This document shows positions 1 to 8,480 of a stretch of DNA of 36,989 nt, piece after piece. Position numbers and translations under genes: made by a program. Positions within the stretch are counted from its first letter, which is position 1. Each line of letters opens with the position of its first letter. The notes under the pieces are model-generated. The model searched no databases and was not told the DNA's origin. It saw nothing but the letters and a program-made list of their open reading frames with translations. Source of the stretch: Candidatus Bathyarchaeota archaeon (lineage in GTDB: Archaea > Thermoproteota > Bathyarchaeia > 40CM-2-53-6 > CALIRQ01). The stretch spans positions 1 through 36,989 of the forward strand of contig JAPWUR010000003.1 in the NCBI GenBank assembly GCA_028275385.1, written 5' to 3'.

Positions 1-237
1 CCGGATCTTCTTCTCGACTTGGGCCCCGGAGGTCTTTCCCATGTAACCGCCCACCCTGCCATCGGAATTTATGACCCGATGGCAGGGGATCTTGGGGGCG
101 TGCGGGTTCCTGCGACAGGCATTGCCAACGGCCCTGTAGGCCCTAGTCCCCAATTTTTCGGCTATTATCTTATAGGTCGTTACCCTGCCATTGGGTATCC
201 TTTCGATGATCGCCCAAACCTCTTCATCGAATCCCAT
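1..237 (-). CDS. ogt: Methylated-DNA--protein-cysteine methyltransferase (MGMT/Ogt, short form lacking the N-terminal domain); 3' end runs off the window
   Basis: Not in the ORF track. Manual translation from ATG 237: MGFDEEVWAIIERIPNGRVTTYKIIAEKLGTRAYRAVGNACRRNPHAPKIPCHRVINSDGRVGGY..., with the IPxGxVxTY, RAVG and catalytic PCHRV motifs. Confidence 0.93.
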   Translation of the reverse strand, partial: MGFDEEVWAIIERIPNGRVTTYKIIAEKLGTRAYRAVGNACRRNPHAPKIPCHRVINSDGRVGGYMGKTSGAQVEKKIR

Positions 238-382
238 CTTCCGGCTCCGGTTTGTACGTCCCCCATCCGTATAAGGGTTTTTCCTCGAAGCCTCCTCCCC
301 CCTCGATCCCGGGGGAGCGCCGACCTGGGAGGCGGGGAAATAGATAATAACGTTGGTCCCCCCTCATTTATAACGAAGGGAA

Positions 383-1486
383 TTGAGGGATCTGCAACGA
401 AAAAGCATGGTGCGCATATCCCATTCCGGGGCATCGCCGGAGGGGACCCAAGGGGGCGAGGGAAAGGGTTTCCTAGTTGGGCGGGTCGAGGCCTTGGAGG
501 TCGTGCCGCATAGGGGCATCGATGATCTCGTAAGGGCGATGGGGAAAACGGGGTTCCAAGGGAGGAGGCTCTCCGAAGCCGTCGAGATCATAACGGAGAT
601 GATAATCGATGATGACGTCACGGTTTTCATGGGCTATGCCGGGAGCCTCTCCGTGGCAGGGCAATGGAGGATAATAAAATGGTTCATCGAGAACGAGTAT
701 ATAGACGTCCTCGTCCCGACGGGGGCCAATATATCGGAAGACATAGTGGAGGCCATGGGGCGCAGCTATTACCAGCTCGACGGGGGCGACGATTCCTACC
801 TCTTCAAGGAGGGATATAATAGGTACTTTGACCTCTGCGGGGTAGAATCCGATTACTTCGAGATGACGAGCCTCATCGCGGATTTCATCTGCGATCTGGT
901 CGATGCTGAGGGCGGGGAGCCCTGCATGTCATCGAGGGAGTTCCTGCGCAGGTTCGGGGGGTTCTTGGATGGTCGGGGGATAGATTGCATAGTCTCAGCG
1001 GCCTATAGGCACGGGGTGGATATATTCTGCCCCGCGATCGTCGATAGCCCCTACGGCGATGCGATATTGATGGCGTATGGCCGGGGGAGGAGGATTCGCA
1101 TCGACAACGCCGCCGATTATATAGAATTCATGAGCCTGGCCGAGAGGGTGAAGGAAACGGGGGTCATATACATAGGCGGGGGCGTGCCCAAGGACTTCAT
1201 CCAGCTCTTCGCGGTCACCCCCGATCTAATGTACGATCGCTTCGAGATACCTGGGCGAAAGGGGCTTAAGAGGAAGGGCGTCAAGGAAACGTTCTATCCC
1301 CATAAATACGCCGTTCAGATAACCACGGATTCGCCCCAATGGGGAGGGCTCAGCGGCGCTACGCTGGAGGAGGGTATAAGCTGGGGGAAGGAGGCGGTTG
1401 GCGGCAGGATCGTCACCGTTTACTGCGATGCCACGATAGCGCTACCCATAATAGCCCACGCCGTAGCCGAAAGGCTCGGATCCTAG
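383..1486 (+). CDS. dys: Deoxyhypusine synthase (DHS family); start may be ATG 407
   Basis: TGFQG, TGAN, FCPAIVDS, IYIGGGVPK and GGLSGATLEEGISWGK (active-site Lys) motifs; CDATIALP at the C-terminus. Confidence 0.9.
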   Translation: MRDLQRKSMVRISHSGASPEGTQGGEGKGFLVGRVEALEVVPHRGIDDLVRAMGKTGFQGRRLSEAVEIITEMIIDDDVTVFMGYAGSLSVAGQWRIIKWFIENEYIDVLVPTGANISEDIVEAMGRSYYQLDGGDDSYLFKEGYNRYFDLCGVESDYFEMTSLIADFICDLVDAEGGEPCMSSREFLRRFGGFLDGRGIDCIVSAAYRHGVDIFCPAIVDSPYGDAILMAYGRGRRIRIDNAADYIEFMSLAERVKETGVIYIGGGVPKDFIQLFAVTPDLMYDRFEIPGRKGLKRKGVKETFYPHKYAVQITTDSPQWGGLSGATLEEGISWGKEAVGGRIVTVYCDATIALPIIAHAVAERLGS

Positions 1487-1560
1487 GGAATATTAGTAAA
1501 TGTGTGCTACACAGAAACATTTAAATACTCTGAGGGCCTTTCTTAAAGCCGGTGATTCGC

Positions 1561-3015
1561 ATGAAGCGGGAATTCGCGAGCGTTCTGATGCTCATCGTAC
1601 TGATCGCGGGCCTTTTGCCCGCCGTTGCCATCGGGGGCAATCCAACGAAGGCCCCCGGGGACGATGATAAAAAGGGCCGCGCAAGGGTCCAGGAGGATTT
1701 CCTCATAGATCTCACGCCTTCCTCCAGGGTAGTCCCATGGGGGAAGCTATCCATAGTCAAATACGCGATCTCCGTGAAGGCCATGGGCAATTTCCGGGGG
1801 ATTGTTGAACTAAGCCTGAAGGGGGTGCCGCCCGGCGCCATCGGGGTAATCGATAAGTCGTATGGCGTGCCGACGTTCGCAACCATCCTGACCGTGGTGG
1901 TGACGCCAAATGCAGCCGAGGGCGTTTATCTCCTAACGGTCGTCGGCAAAAGCGGGGATATCGCCCACTCGGCCGAGGCCGCCCTCGTGATCGGCAGGGG
2001 GAGGAACGCCACCACGACTACCGCCACGGCCACCGCAACCACTACGATCGCGAGCTCGACGACCGCCACGACGATCACGCCCGGCCCGATCGGCGCCCTA
2101 ATGGCATCCGTTGAGACCGATAAGCAAAACTATGCCCGAGGGGAGGTCGTGAACATAAGGGGATTCATAAGGGATTCATCCGGGAACTCGGTCGAGGGCG
2201 CGAGCGTTTCGATACAGGTGGATGGGCCGTCCGGCGGGACCATAAGGACCGATCTGGTTTCAACGGATTCGATCGGTTCCTTCATCAGCGGTTTCACGCT
2301 GCCCAACGATGCCCCATTCGGCACCTATACGATCTACGTAACGGCCAGCAAGGAGGGCTATAGGGATGGGCGAGGGCAGGCATCGTTCAGCGTCGGGGAG
2401 AGCCAGGCCCCGGCAATCGCGATAGTCGCCCTCTACCTGAGCGATATGAGGAACGCCACCAAATCGTCGTTTTCGCCCGGGGAAACCCTCATAGTTTGGG
2501 TGATCGTCAGGAACTCGGGCGCATCCTTGGAAAGGGGCGTGATCTGGGCGGAGGTCGATGACCCGAGCGGCGCGCCCCTGATGGTCCAGTTCCAAATAGG
2601 GGGCATCGGGCGCGGAGCCGAGGTCAGGTCTGGGTTCAGCCTCACGCTCTCGGCGGATGCCCAGCTCGGGGCCTATAGGGCCAAGGCTTTCGTTTCGGAT
2701 AGAATGATATCGGAGGGCGGGAAATTCCTAGCCAGCCAAGCAACGTCATTCGCGGTCGCGCCGCAGGAGCCCATTATTACGACAACCGCCACGACGAGCG
2801 GGAGCTCCACGGTCACGTCCGAAACGAGCGCTACCGCGACCTCCACCACAACCACCACTTCAACTACCACCACGACTACGAGCGTCGCGACCACCACAAC
2901 GACCGCCACCACCTCCGAGGCCGGGGCGACGACCCAGTCGACCACCTCGGGGGCTACGAGCACCACGGGAGGAACCACCACCTCAGAGACGGCCGAAACA
3001 ACTCGCTCAGGATAG
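1561..3015 (+). CDS. Secreted/surface protein: signal peptide, Ig-like/MG2-type beta-sandwich modules, Thr-rich linker and long Thr/Ser-rich tail
   Basis: KR followed by a hydrophobic signal peptide; TDKQNYARGEVVNIRG..GASVSIQV..YTIYVTASKEGY module; poly-Thr tail. ATG 1561 follows GGTGA (ORF track starts at GTG 1552). Confidence 0.8.
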   Translation: MKREFASVLMLIVLIAGLLPAVAIGGNPTKAPGDDDKKGRARVQEDFLIDLTPSSRVVPWGKLSIVKYAISVKAMGNFRGIVELSLKGVPPGAIGVIDKSYGVPTFATILTVVVTPNAAEGVYLLTVVGKSGDIAHSAEAALVIGRGRNATTTTATATATTTIASSTTATTITPGPIGALMASVETDKQNYARGEVVNIRGFIRDSSGNSVEGASVSIQVDGPSGGTIRTDLVSTDSIGSFISGFTLPNDAPFGTYTIYVTASKEGYRDGRGQASFSVGESQAPAIAIVALYLSDMRNATKSSFSPGETLIVWVIVRNSGASLERGVIWAEVDDPSGAPLMVQFQIGGIGRGAEVRSGFSLTLSADAQLGAYRAKAFVSDRMISEGGKFLASQATSFAVAPQEPIITTTATTSGSSTVTSETSATATSTTTTTSTTTTTTSVATTTTTATTSEAGATTQSTTSGATSTTGGTTTSETAETTRSG

Positions 3016-3112
3016 GCGCGATCCAATCGGCTTTCAGGAGCATACCTAAACCTTTTTTATCGCCCGTTTTCGAGTGGTGCTGCGCGCGCTGGCAACAAAG
3101 GGGGGATCGATT

Positions 3113-3709
3113 TTGAGGAGCTTTAAGGCGATTGCGCTGATCTTGGCTTTGATGGCGATGGCGCTATTCGCGCCCCCGGTCGCGGAGGGCGCGAAGCTCT
3201 CGCTGACTGCCTCCACCTCTAAGCCCTCATACGGCGCCGGCGAGACCATAACGATCTCTGGGATGCTCAGGGATGAGGGCGGAAATCCGGTTGGGGGTGC
3301 CGCCATATCGATCCAGATCAACTCCGAGGCGGGGAGGCCCGTGGGCTTGGAGTTAGTGTACACGAATGGGGAGGGCAAGTTCAGCTATGAATTCAAGATG
3401 CCGGCCGGCTCCGATGCGGGATCCTATAGGATATTCCTCACCGCCAGCAAGCCGGGGTTCGAGGATGCGAGCGCGCAGCTCGGGTTCGCATTCATCCCGG
3501 AGGCCCCGATGGGCTCGCTGCCCATATTGATGCTCGCGCTCATTTCCTCGGCCATCCTGCTCCTGAGGCGGATCGCCGCGAGGGGCTCAAGCAGCGGGCG
3601 CGCTTCGTGGCCGGCCCTCGCTTCATATGCCCCCCATGGCCCTATCGAGAAACGATGGAAGGTCGTAGACGGGCGTACTGCCCCCGATGGCCTCCACCCC
3701 CTTCCTTAG
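3113..3709 (+). CDS. Small secreted protein with one MG2/carboxypeptidase-regulatory-like module and a PEF-CTERM-like C-terminal TM anchor
   Basis: Signal peptide; TSKPSYGAGETITISG..YRIFLTASKPGF module paralogous to the upstream gene; IPEAP + hydrophobic helix + RR. TTG 3113 preferred (ORF track 3074). Confidence 0.72.
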   Translation: MRSFKAIALILALMAMALFAPPVAEGAKLSLTASTSKPSYGAGETITISGMLRDEGGNPVGGAAISIQINSEAGRPVGLELVYTNGEGKFSYEFKMPAGSDAGSYRIFLTASKPGFEDASAQLGFAFIPEAPMGSLPILMLALISSAILLLRRIAARGSSSGRASWPALASYAPHGPIEKRWKVVDGRTAPDGLHPLP

Positions 3710-4798
3710 GTTGACGACGCAGAATGGGCACGCGGTCACTATGGCATCGATCGCCAGCCCGGATAGCTGCGCCGCCCTCCTCGCCGCCTGTTTTACGGAG
3801 AGCTCCCCATGGGCCGACCTGAAGCCGCCCCCGGCGCCGCAGCAGGAGGCGAGCCAGCGCGATTTCGAATGCTCGATCAGCTCGGCCCCGGCCCCCCGGA
3901 TCACGTTCCTGGGCGGGTCGTAGACGCCCATATGCCTACCGAGGTGGCATGGATCGTGGTACGTTACCCTCATGGCCCCGGATCGCCCCCCGGAGCCCGA
4001 TGCGCTTATCCTCCCCTCGCCCATGAGCCTTTCGAAGAGCTGGGAGGAGTGGAGTATTTCCAAGCCCAGATCCCCCTTTAGGTCTATCCCGAATAGCCTT
4101 CGATAATCCTCGGCGAAGGTCCTGAAGCATCCTGGACAGGAGGTCACCAGCACCTTTATGCCCAGCTCCTCGAATTTCCTCGCGTTCCCCTCCGCCAACC
4201 TCTCGGCCTCCCTCCAATGGCCCGTCCTTATGAGGATCGATCCGCAATCCCCCTCCGCCCTGCCTAGGGTCGTGAAATCCAATCCGGCCGCCCTCAGGAT
4301 CTTGGCCGTCGAAATGGCCGTTTCCTCGAGCCTATACGATGCCATGCAACCGGCCCAATAGAGCACCTCGGACCTCCTACCGGCCTTCAGCCAAGGGGGC
4401 ATCCATCGCTCCCTGGCGGCCTCCGCCTCACCGAACGGGTTGCCGAACCTCAGCACGCTCTCGACGACCCTCGAGTGCTCTCTCGGGATCGCGAGGCCCC
4501 GCTCCACGAACGCCGCCCTCGCGGCCTCGAACGCCTCATTGGTCCTAACGCCGGAAGGGCACCTCCTCAGGCAATAGCCGCAGGTCGTGCAGAAGTATAT
4601 GCGTTCCACGATGTAATCGGATATTTGAAGATCTCCCCTGGCCAGGGCCTTGAGCAGTTGCACCTTCCCCCTGGGGAAATTGGCCTCCCACGGATATAGG
4701 TCTCCCACGGGGCATAGCTCTCTACAGAATCCGCAACGGACGCATTTCTCAAGATCCCCCAAATAGCCCTTCAGCGGGCCGTTCGCCAGATCGGGCAT
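3623..4798 (-). CDS. (Fe-S)-binding protein, GlcF/HdrD-like (two 4Fe-4S clusters plus two CCG domains)
   Basis: CVRCGFCRELCP, CTTCGYCLRRCP, YWAGC, SCPGC, YHDPCHL, CCGAGGG and ACPFC. ATG 4798 overlaps the upstream TGA (TGATG). Confidence 0.9.
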   Translation of the reverse strand: MPDLANGPLKGYLGDLEKCVRCGFCRELCPVGDLYPWEANFPRGKVQLLKALARGDLQISDYIVERIYFCTTCGYCLRRCPSGVRTNEAFEAARAAFVERGLAIPREHSRVVESVLRFGNPFGEAEAARERWMPPWLKAGRRSEVLYWAGCMASYRLEETAISTAKILRAAGLDFTTLGRAEGDCGSILIRTGHWREAERLAEGNARKFEELGIKVLVTSCPGCFRTFAEDYRRLFGIDLKGDLGLEILHSSQLFERLMGEGRISASGSGGRSGAMRVTYHDPCHLGRHMGVYDPPRNVIRGAGAELIEHSKSRWLASCCGAGGGFRSAHGELSVKQAARRAAQLSGLAIDAIVTACPFCVVNLRKGVEAIGGSTPVYDLPSFLDRAMGGI

Positions 4799-6267
4799 CA
4801 ATGCGCCCCACCGATCCCCCTCAGGGGCGGGGGCCATGGCCCCCCCTTCGCCTTATATGGGTTCAGTATCATGTTCGGATCGAATACCCTTTTCAGCTCG
4901 CGCATCAGGCGCACGGCCTTCCCCCCGTGCTCGAGCTCCATATAATCCCCCCTGGATAGCCCAACCCCATGCTCCCCGGTTATGCTCCCGCCCAACGGTA
5001 TGACCACGTCCCTATACAGGATGTCTAGGGCCTTCCTGAAGGCCCTCCTCTGCTCCGGATCCCTCCCGTCGAATAGGAAATTCGGATGGAGGTTCCCCTC
5101 GCCTATATGGCCGAAGGTGCTTATCCCGATGGGCGCGCCCAATCCATCCGGTATGCTCGCTATCCTAGCGCAGGCCTCCGGGATCTTCGCCACCGGGACG
5201 GTGAAATCCTCCATGAATATGGTCGGCGCGATCCTCGATAGGGCCGGCAGGGCGGCCTTCCTGGCCGATATCAGGCGCTCGGCCTCCTCGGGGGATGAGG
5301 CCCTCTCGAAGAACTTGGGCCTCCTCCCCATGGCTATCCTATGGATCAACTCGGCCTCCCTCTCCACGGCCCCGCTCCGCCCGTCGCATTCCACCAGGAC
5401 CGCGCATCCCTCGGGACAATCCATCTTGGCGTATTCGAATGATGCCCTTGTGGAGGGCTCGTCCATGAATTCCAACATGCTCGGGAGTATTCCGGAGGAT
5501 TTTATCTCGACGGCCGTCCTAACGGCTTCCTCCACCCCCTCGAATATGTATAGGGATACGGCCCGGGCCTCGGGAAGGGGCATGACCTTGAGCCCGACCT
5601 TGGTGATGACGGCCAACGTCCCCTCCGAGCCTATCAAGAGCCTGGTGAGGTCATAGCCCGAAACGGACTTCAAAGTATTGGACCCGGTCCTGATGATCTC
5701 CCCGGTCGGGAGGACCGCTTCGAGCCATAGTACGTGATCCCTGGTGACGCCATATTTGAGGGCCCTGTTGCCCCCGCTGTTGTTTGCGACCATCCCGCCT
5801 ATGGTGGCGGCCGGGCTGCTGGCCGGATCCGGGGGGAAGAAGAACCCGCGGCCCGCCAAGTAATCGTTCAAGGTATCGCATACGACGCCCGGCTCCACGG
5901 CGATCGATTGGTTCGCACCATCGAACCCCAGGACGGCCTTCATGGAGCTCATATCGAGGCATATCCCACCCGCCACGGGCAGGGAGTTCCCGGCCAAGCT
6001 GGTGCCGGCACCCCTGGGCGTGACCGGTATCCGATGGCGATTGGCCAGGAGGAGGATCCTCGAGACCTGCTCGGCGGTCCTCGGGGCCAGGATCAGGTCG
6101 GGCTTATACTCCATGAGCGGGACCGCCTCATAGGATCCGCAAAGGAGGTCCTCGGCCCTCGTCGAGGCGTTCTCGGACCCAACTATTGCCTCCAGCTCGG
6201 CGATGAGCCTCTCGTTCAAGCGCCCGTATTCCAACCCCGGTCGGGATCGGTATCCCATCCGGGCCAT
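4798..6267 (-). CDS. FAD-linked 2-hydroxyacid oxidoreductase, GlcD/D-lactate dehydrogenase family
   Basis: PRGAGTSLAG, FPPDPAS, TIGGMVANNSGG, GYDLTRLLIGSEGTL, GHIGEGNLH, GEHGVG and FDPNMILNP motifs. Confidence 0.92.
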   Translation of the reverse strand: MARMGYRSRPGLEYGRLNERLIAELEAIVGSENASTRAEDLLCGSYEAVPLMEYKPDLILAPRTAEQVSRILLLANRHRIPVTPRGAGTSLAGNSLPVAGGICLDMSSMKAVLGFDGANQSIAVEPGVVCDTLNDYLAGRGFFFPPDPASSPAATIGGMVANNSGGNRALKYGVTRDHVLWLEAVLPTGEIIRTGSNTLKSVSGYDLTRLLIGSEGTLAVITKVGLKVMPLPEARAVSLYIFEGVEEAVRTAVEIKSSGILPSMLEFMDEPSTRASFEYAKMDCPEGCAVLVECDGRSGAVEREAELIHRIAMGRRPKFFERASSPEEAERLISARKAALPALSRIAPTIFMEDFTVPVAKIPEACARIASIPDGLGAPIGISTFGHIGEGNLHPNFLFDGRDPEQRRAFRKALDILYRDVVIPLGGSITGEHGVGLSRGDYMELEHGGKAVRLMRELKRVFDPNMILNPYKAKGGPWPPPLRGIGGAH

Positions 6268-6288
6268 ATAACGATGTCGCGCCGAGGG

Positions 6289-6915
6289 CTACGCTCGCCC
6301 GCCTCCGGCCATCCCGAGCCCGGAGATTATTCCCCTCAATCTCTCGAAGTCCTCGCGCATCGTCGCCCTCAACCGCGCCCTATAGAGGGCGGCCGAGGGA
6401 TGATACATGGGCAACAGGAGGACCCCGCCGGCCCTGATGATTCGGCCGTGTAGCTCGCTTATCCTCGAGGCGGTTAGCCCATGCTTCCCGAGGGCGTATC
6501 TGGTGGCCGTATTGCCCAAGGGGCATATCACCTTGGGCCTTATGAGCTCCAGCTGCCTATCCAAGTAGGGCGAGCAAGCCCTTATCTCGCCCTCGGTCGG
6601 CCTTCTATCCCGGCCCCGGGAATCGGTTGGCCGGCATTTGACCACGTTCCCTATGAATACCCTGTCTCGCTCGAGCCCTATGCCCGATAGCAGCTCATCG
6701 AGGACCCCGCCTGCCCTGCCGACGAATGGCCTCCCCTCCAAATCCTCGGCCCTTCCGGGGGCTTCGCCAATGAAGAATATCGCGGCATCGTGGGGGCCCT
6801 CGCCGGGGACAGCCTTGTTCCTGGTCCTATGCAATGGGCACCTCCTACATCGGCGTATCGCCCGGGCGAGCTCCTCCAGACCCAACCGAGGGTCCGATGC
6901 GGCGGGATCCGCCAT
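6289..6915 (-). CDS. udg: Uracil-DNA glycosylase, family 4 (4Fe-4S)
   Basis: CRRCPL, GEAPG, GRPFVG, NVVKCRP and YHPSA motifs. Confidence 0.93.
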   Translation of the reverse strand: MADPAASDPRLGLEELARAIRRCRRCPLHRTRNKAVPGEGPHDAAIFFIGEAPGRAEDLEGRPFVGRAGGVLDELLSGIGLERDRVFIGNVVKCRPTDSRGRDRRPTEGEIRACSPYLDRQLELIRPKVICPLGNTATRYALGKHGLTASRISELHGRIIRAGGVLLLPMYHPSAALYRARLRATMREDFERLRGIISGLGMAGGGRA

Positions 6916-6927
6916 CCCCGGCCGCCT

Positions 6928-7386
6928 TCACCCACCCTTTTTCTTGAAGAAGAGCCAATTCTTTCCCCCGGAGCCCTTGAGCTTGATCAAGCAGTATTCG
7001 CCCCTCAGCCTCTCGCCATTTATGCGGAACACCCATTTATCCTCCCCCTCCTCGATCGGCTCGTAGGTCCCCCTATCCCATATCTCCACCTTCCCGGCGC
7101 CGTACATCCCCTCGGGTATGATCCCCTCGAAATCCGCATATTCGATCGGATGATCCTCCGTTTGAACCGCAAGCCTCCTTATCCCCGGGCTCTCGGGCGG
7201 CTCCTTGGGAATTGCCCAGCTCTTGAGGACTCCATCCTTCTCCAGCCTGAGGTCGTAATGGAGGTGGGACGCGTGGTGCCTTTGTATGACGTAGATCCTC
7301 CCGGGGCCCCTACTCGGGACTTCGCCCCCGATCGGCTCAGGGGTCCTCCGGAAATCCCTCTTGCTCCTATATTCCTCCAAGCCCAT
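6928..7386 (-). CDS. Stand-alone LigD 3'-phosphoesterase (PE) domain protein
   Basis: [53 protein letters not shown] and [11 protein letters not shown] motifs. Confidence 0.92.
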   Translation of the reverse strand: MGLEEYRSKRDFRRTPEPIGGEVPSRGPGRIYVIQRHHASHLHYDLRLEKDGVLKSWAIPKEPPESPGIRRLAVQTEDHPIEYADFEGIIPEGMYGAGKVEIWDRGTYEPIEEGEDKWVFRINGERLRGEYCLIKLKGSGGKNWLFFKKKGG

Positions 7387-7398
7387 CCCCGGCCGCCC

Positions 7399-8055
7399 TC
7401 ATTTGGCCTTGAACGCCGAGGGGCAGAGCTCCCTCAATGCGCAAGCGCCGCAATCGGGCTTCCTGGCCTTGCAAACCCTCCTCCCGTGCTCCATGAGCAG
7501 ATATGTTATCTTCCCCCAGTACTCCCTGGGCACTATCTTCATTAGGTCCCTCTCTATAGCGTCCTGATCCTCCTCCTTCGTGAGGCCCAGCCTCCTCGAT
7601 AGCCTTCTAACGTGCGTATCCACGGCGATGCCCTCCACTATGCCGTACGCGTTCGCGAGGACTATGTTCGCCGTCTTCCTCGCCACGCCCGGGAGCTCGA
7701 GCAGGTCCTCCATGCGCTTGGGGACCTTCGACCCGAACTTCTCCACCAAGACCTTGGCGGCCCTCTTCAGGTTCCTGGCCTTGGCCCTGTAGAACCCCGT
7801 CGGCCTTATGAGGGCCTCAAGCTCCGAGAGGTCGGCGTTGGCGTAATCCTCCGCGGTCCTATACTTCTTGAACAGCTCCTTCGTAACCCTGTTCACCCTT
7901 TCATCGGTGCATTGGGCCGAGAGCATCGTTGCGACCAATAGCTCAAGCGGATTGCTGTAATTCAGCGCTATCTTAGCATCGGGATATTCCCTCTCGAGCA
8001 CGCTTATGACCCTCCTCACCCTATCTTCCCTTCCCCCCTTCGCCGATCCGGTCAT
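7399..8055 (-). CDS. nth: Endonuclease III (HhH-GPD glycosylase/AP lyase, 4Fe-4S)
   Basis: LSAQCTD, LPGVARKTAN (HhH Lys), AVDTHV and CKARKPDCGACALRELC. ATG 8055 preferred (alternative 8085). Confidence 0.95.
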   Translation of the reverse strand: MTGSAKGGREDRVRRVISVLEREYPDAKIALNYSNPLELLVATMLSAQCTDERVNRVTKELFKKYRTAEDYANADLSELEALIRPTGFYRAKARNLKRAAKVLVEKFGSKVPKRMEDLLELPGVARKTANIVLANAYGIVEGIAVDTHVRRLSRRLGLTKEEDQDAIERDLMKIVPREYWGKITYLLMEHGRRVCKARKPDCGACALRELCPSAFKAK

Positions 8056-8116
8056 CGGCCCCCCTCCCCCTTGGCCGGCCCCCATGGGATCCCATGCCCC
8101 GGGGGGATTGGCATCG

Positions 8117-8440
8117 TTAGCATATCCTATAGGGGGGGCGATCGTAGATGAAGGCCCTCAATGGGAGCGAGGGGCGCAGCATCACGACCGGAGGGGGCTG
8201 ATAGATGATCCTCTCGGGCGGCCTCGGGATCTCAACGATCCTCGGAGGCGGCTGGTAATAGACCTCGGGGCTCGGGATATACCAGAATATCTGGGGCGGG
8301 GGTTGATAAACGAGCGGCAAGGGCGGGCTTTGCCGGATCAAATAATAACCCGCGGGGGAGGGGGGATGCCGAGCCGGGGGGATCCGCGCGAATTGGTTAT
8401 ATGGAGCGCATTGCAATGCCGTTCCCCATCGATATTTCAC
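8117..8440 (-). CDS. Putative small Pro/Tyr-rich protein with three YQPPP repeats; start uncertain (GTG 8440 or TTG 8416)
   Basis: VYQPPPQI, YYQPPPRI and IYQPPPVV are encoded by different codons. The ORF fills the gap upstream of nth, with an AT-rich TTATTTAT at about 8453-8460. Confidence 0.5.
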   Translation of the reverse strand: MKYRWGTALQCAPYNQFARIPPARHPPSPAGYYLIRQSPPLPLVYQPPPQIFWYIPSPEVYYQPPPRIVEIPRPPERIIYQPPPVVMLRPSLPLRAFIYDRPPYRIC

Positions 8441-8480
8441 CCCCACTAGCCGATAAATAAGCTTGACCCGATCGGATCCA

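Noticed and set aside
19-513. 164-aa + strand ORF
   Set aside because: It is the antisense shadow of the ogt gene on the minus strand.
2775-3005. ACC/ACG-rich repetitive DNA as a tandem repeat or CRISPR array
   Set aside because: It simply encodes the Thr-rich tail; there are no fixed-length repeats with spacers.
6928-7386. NHEJ operon
   Set aside because: No Ku, ATP-dependent ligase or Prim-Pol gene in the window.
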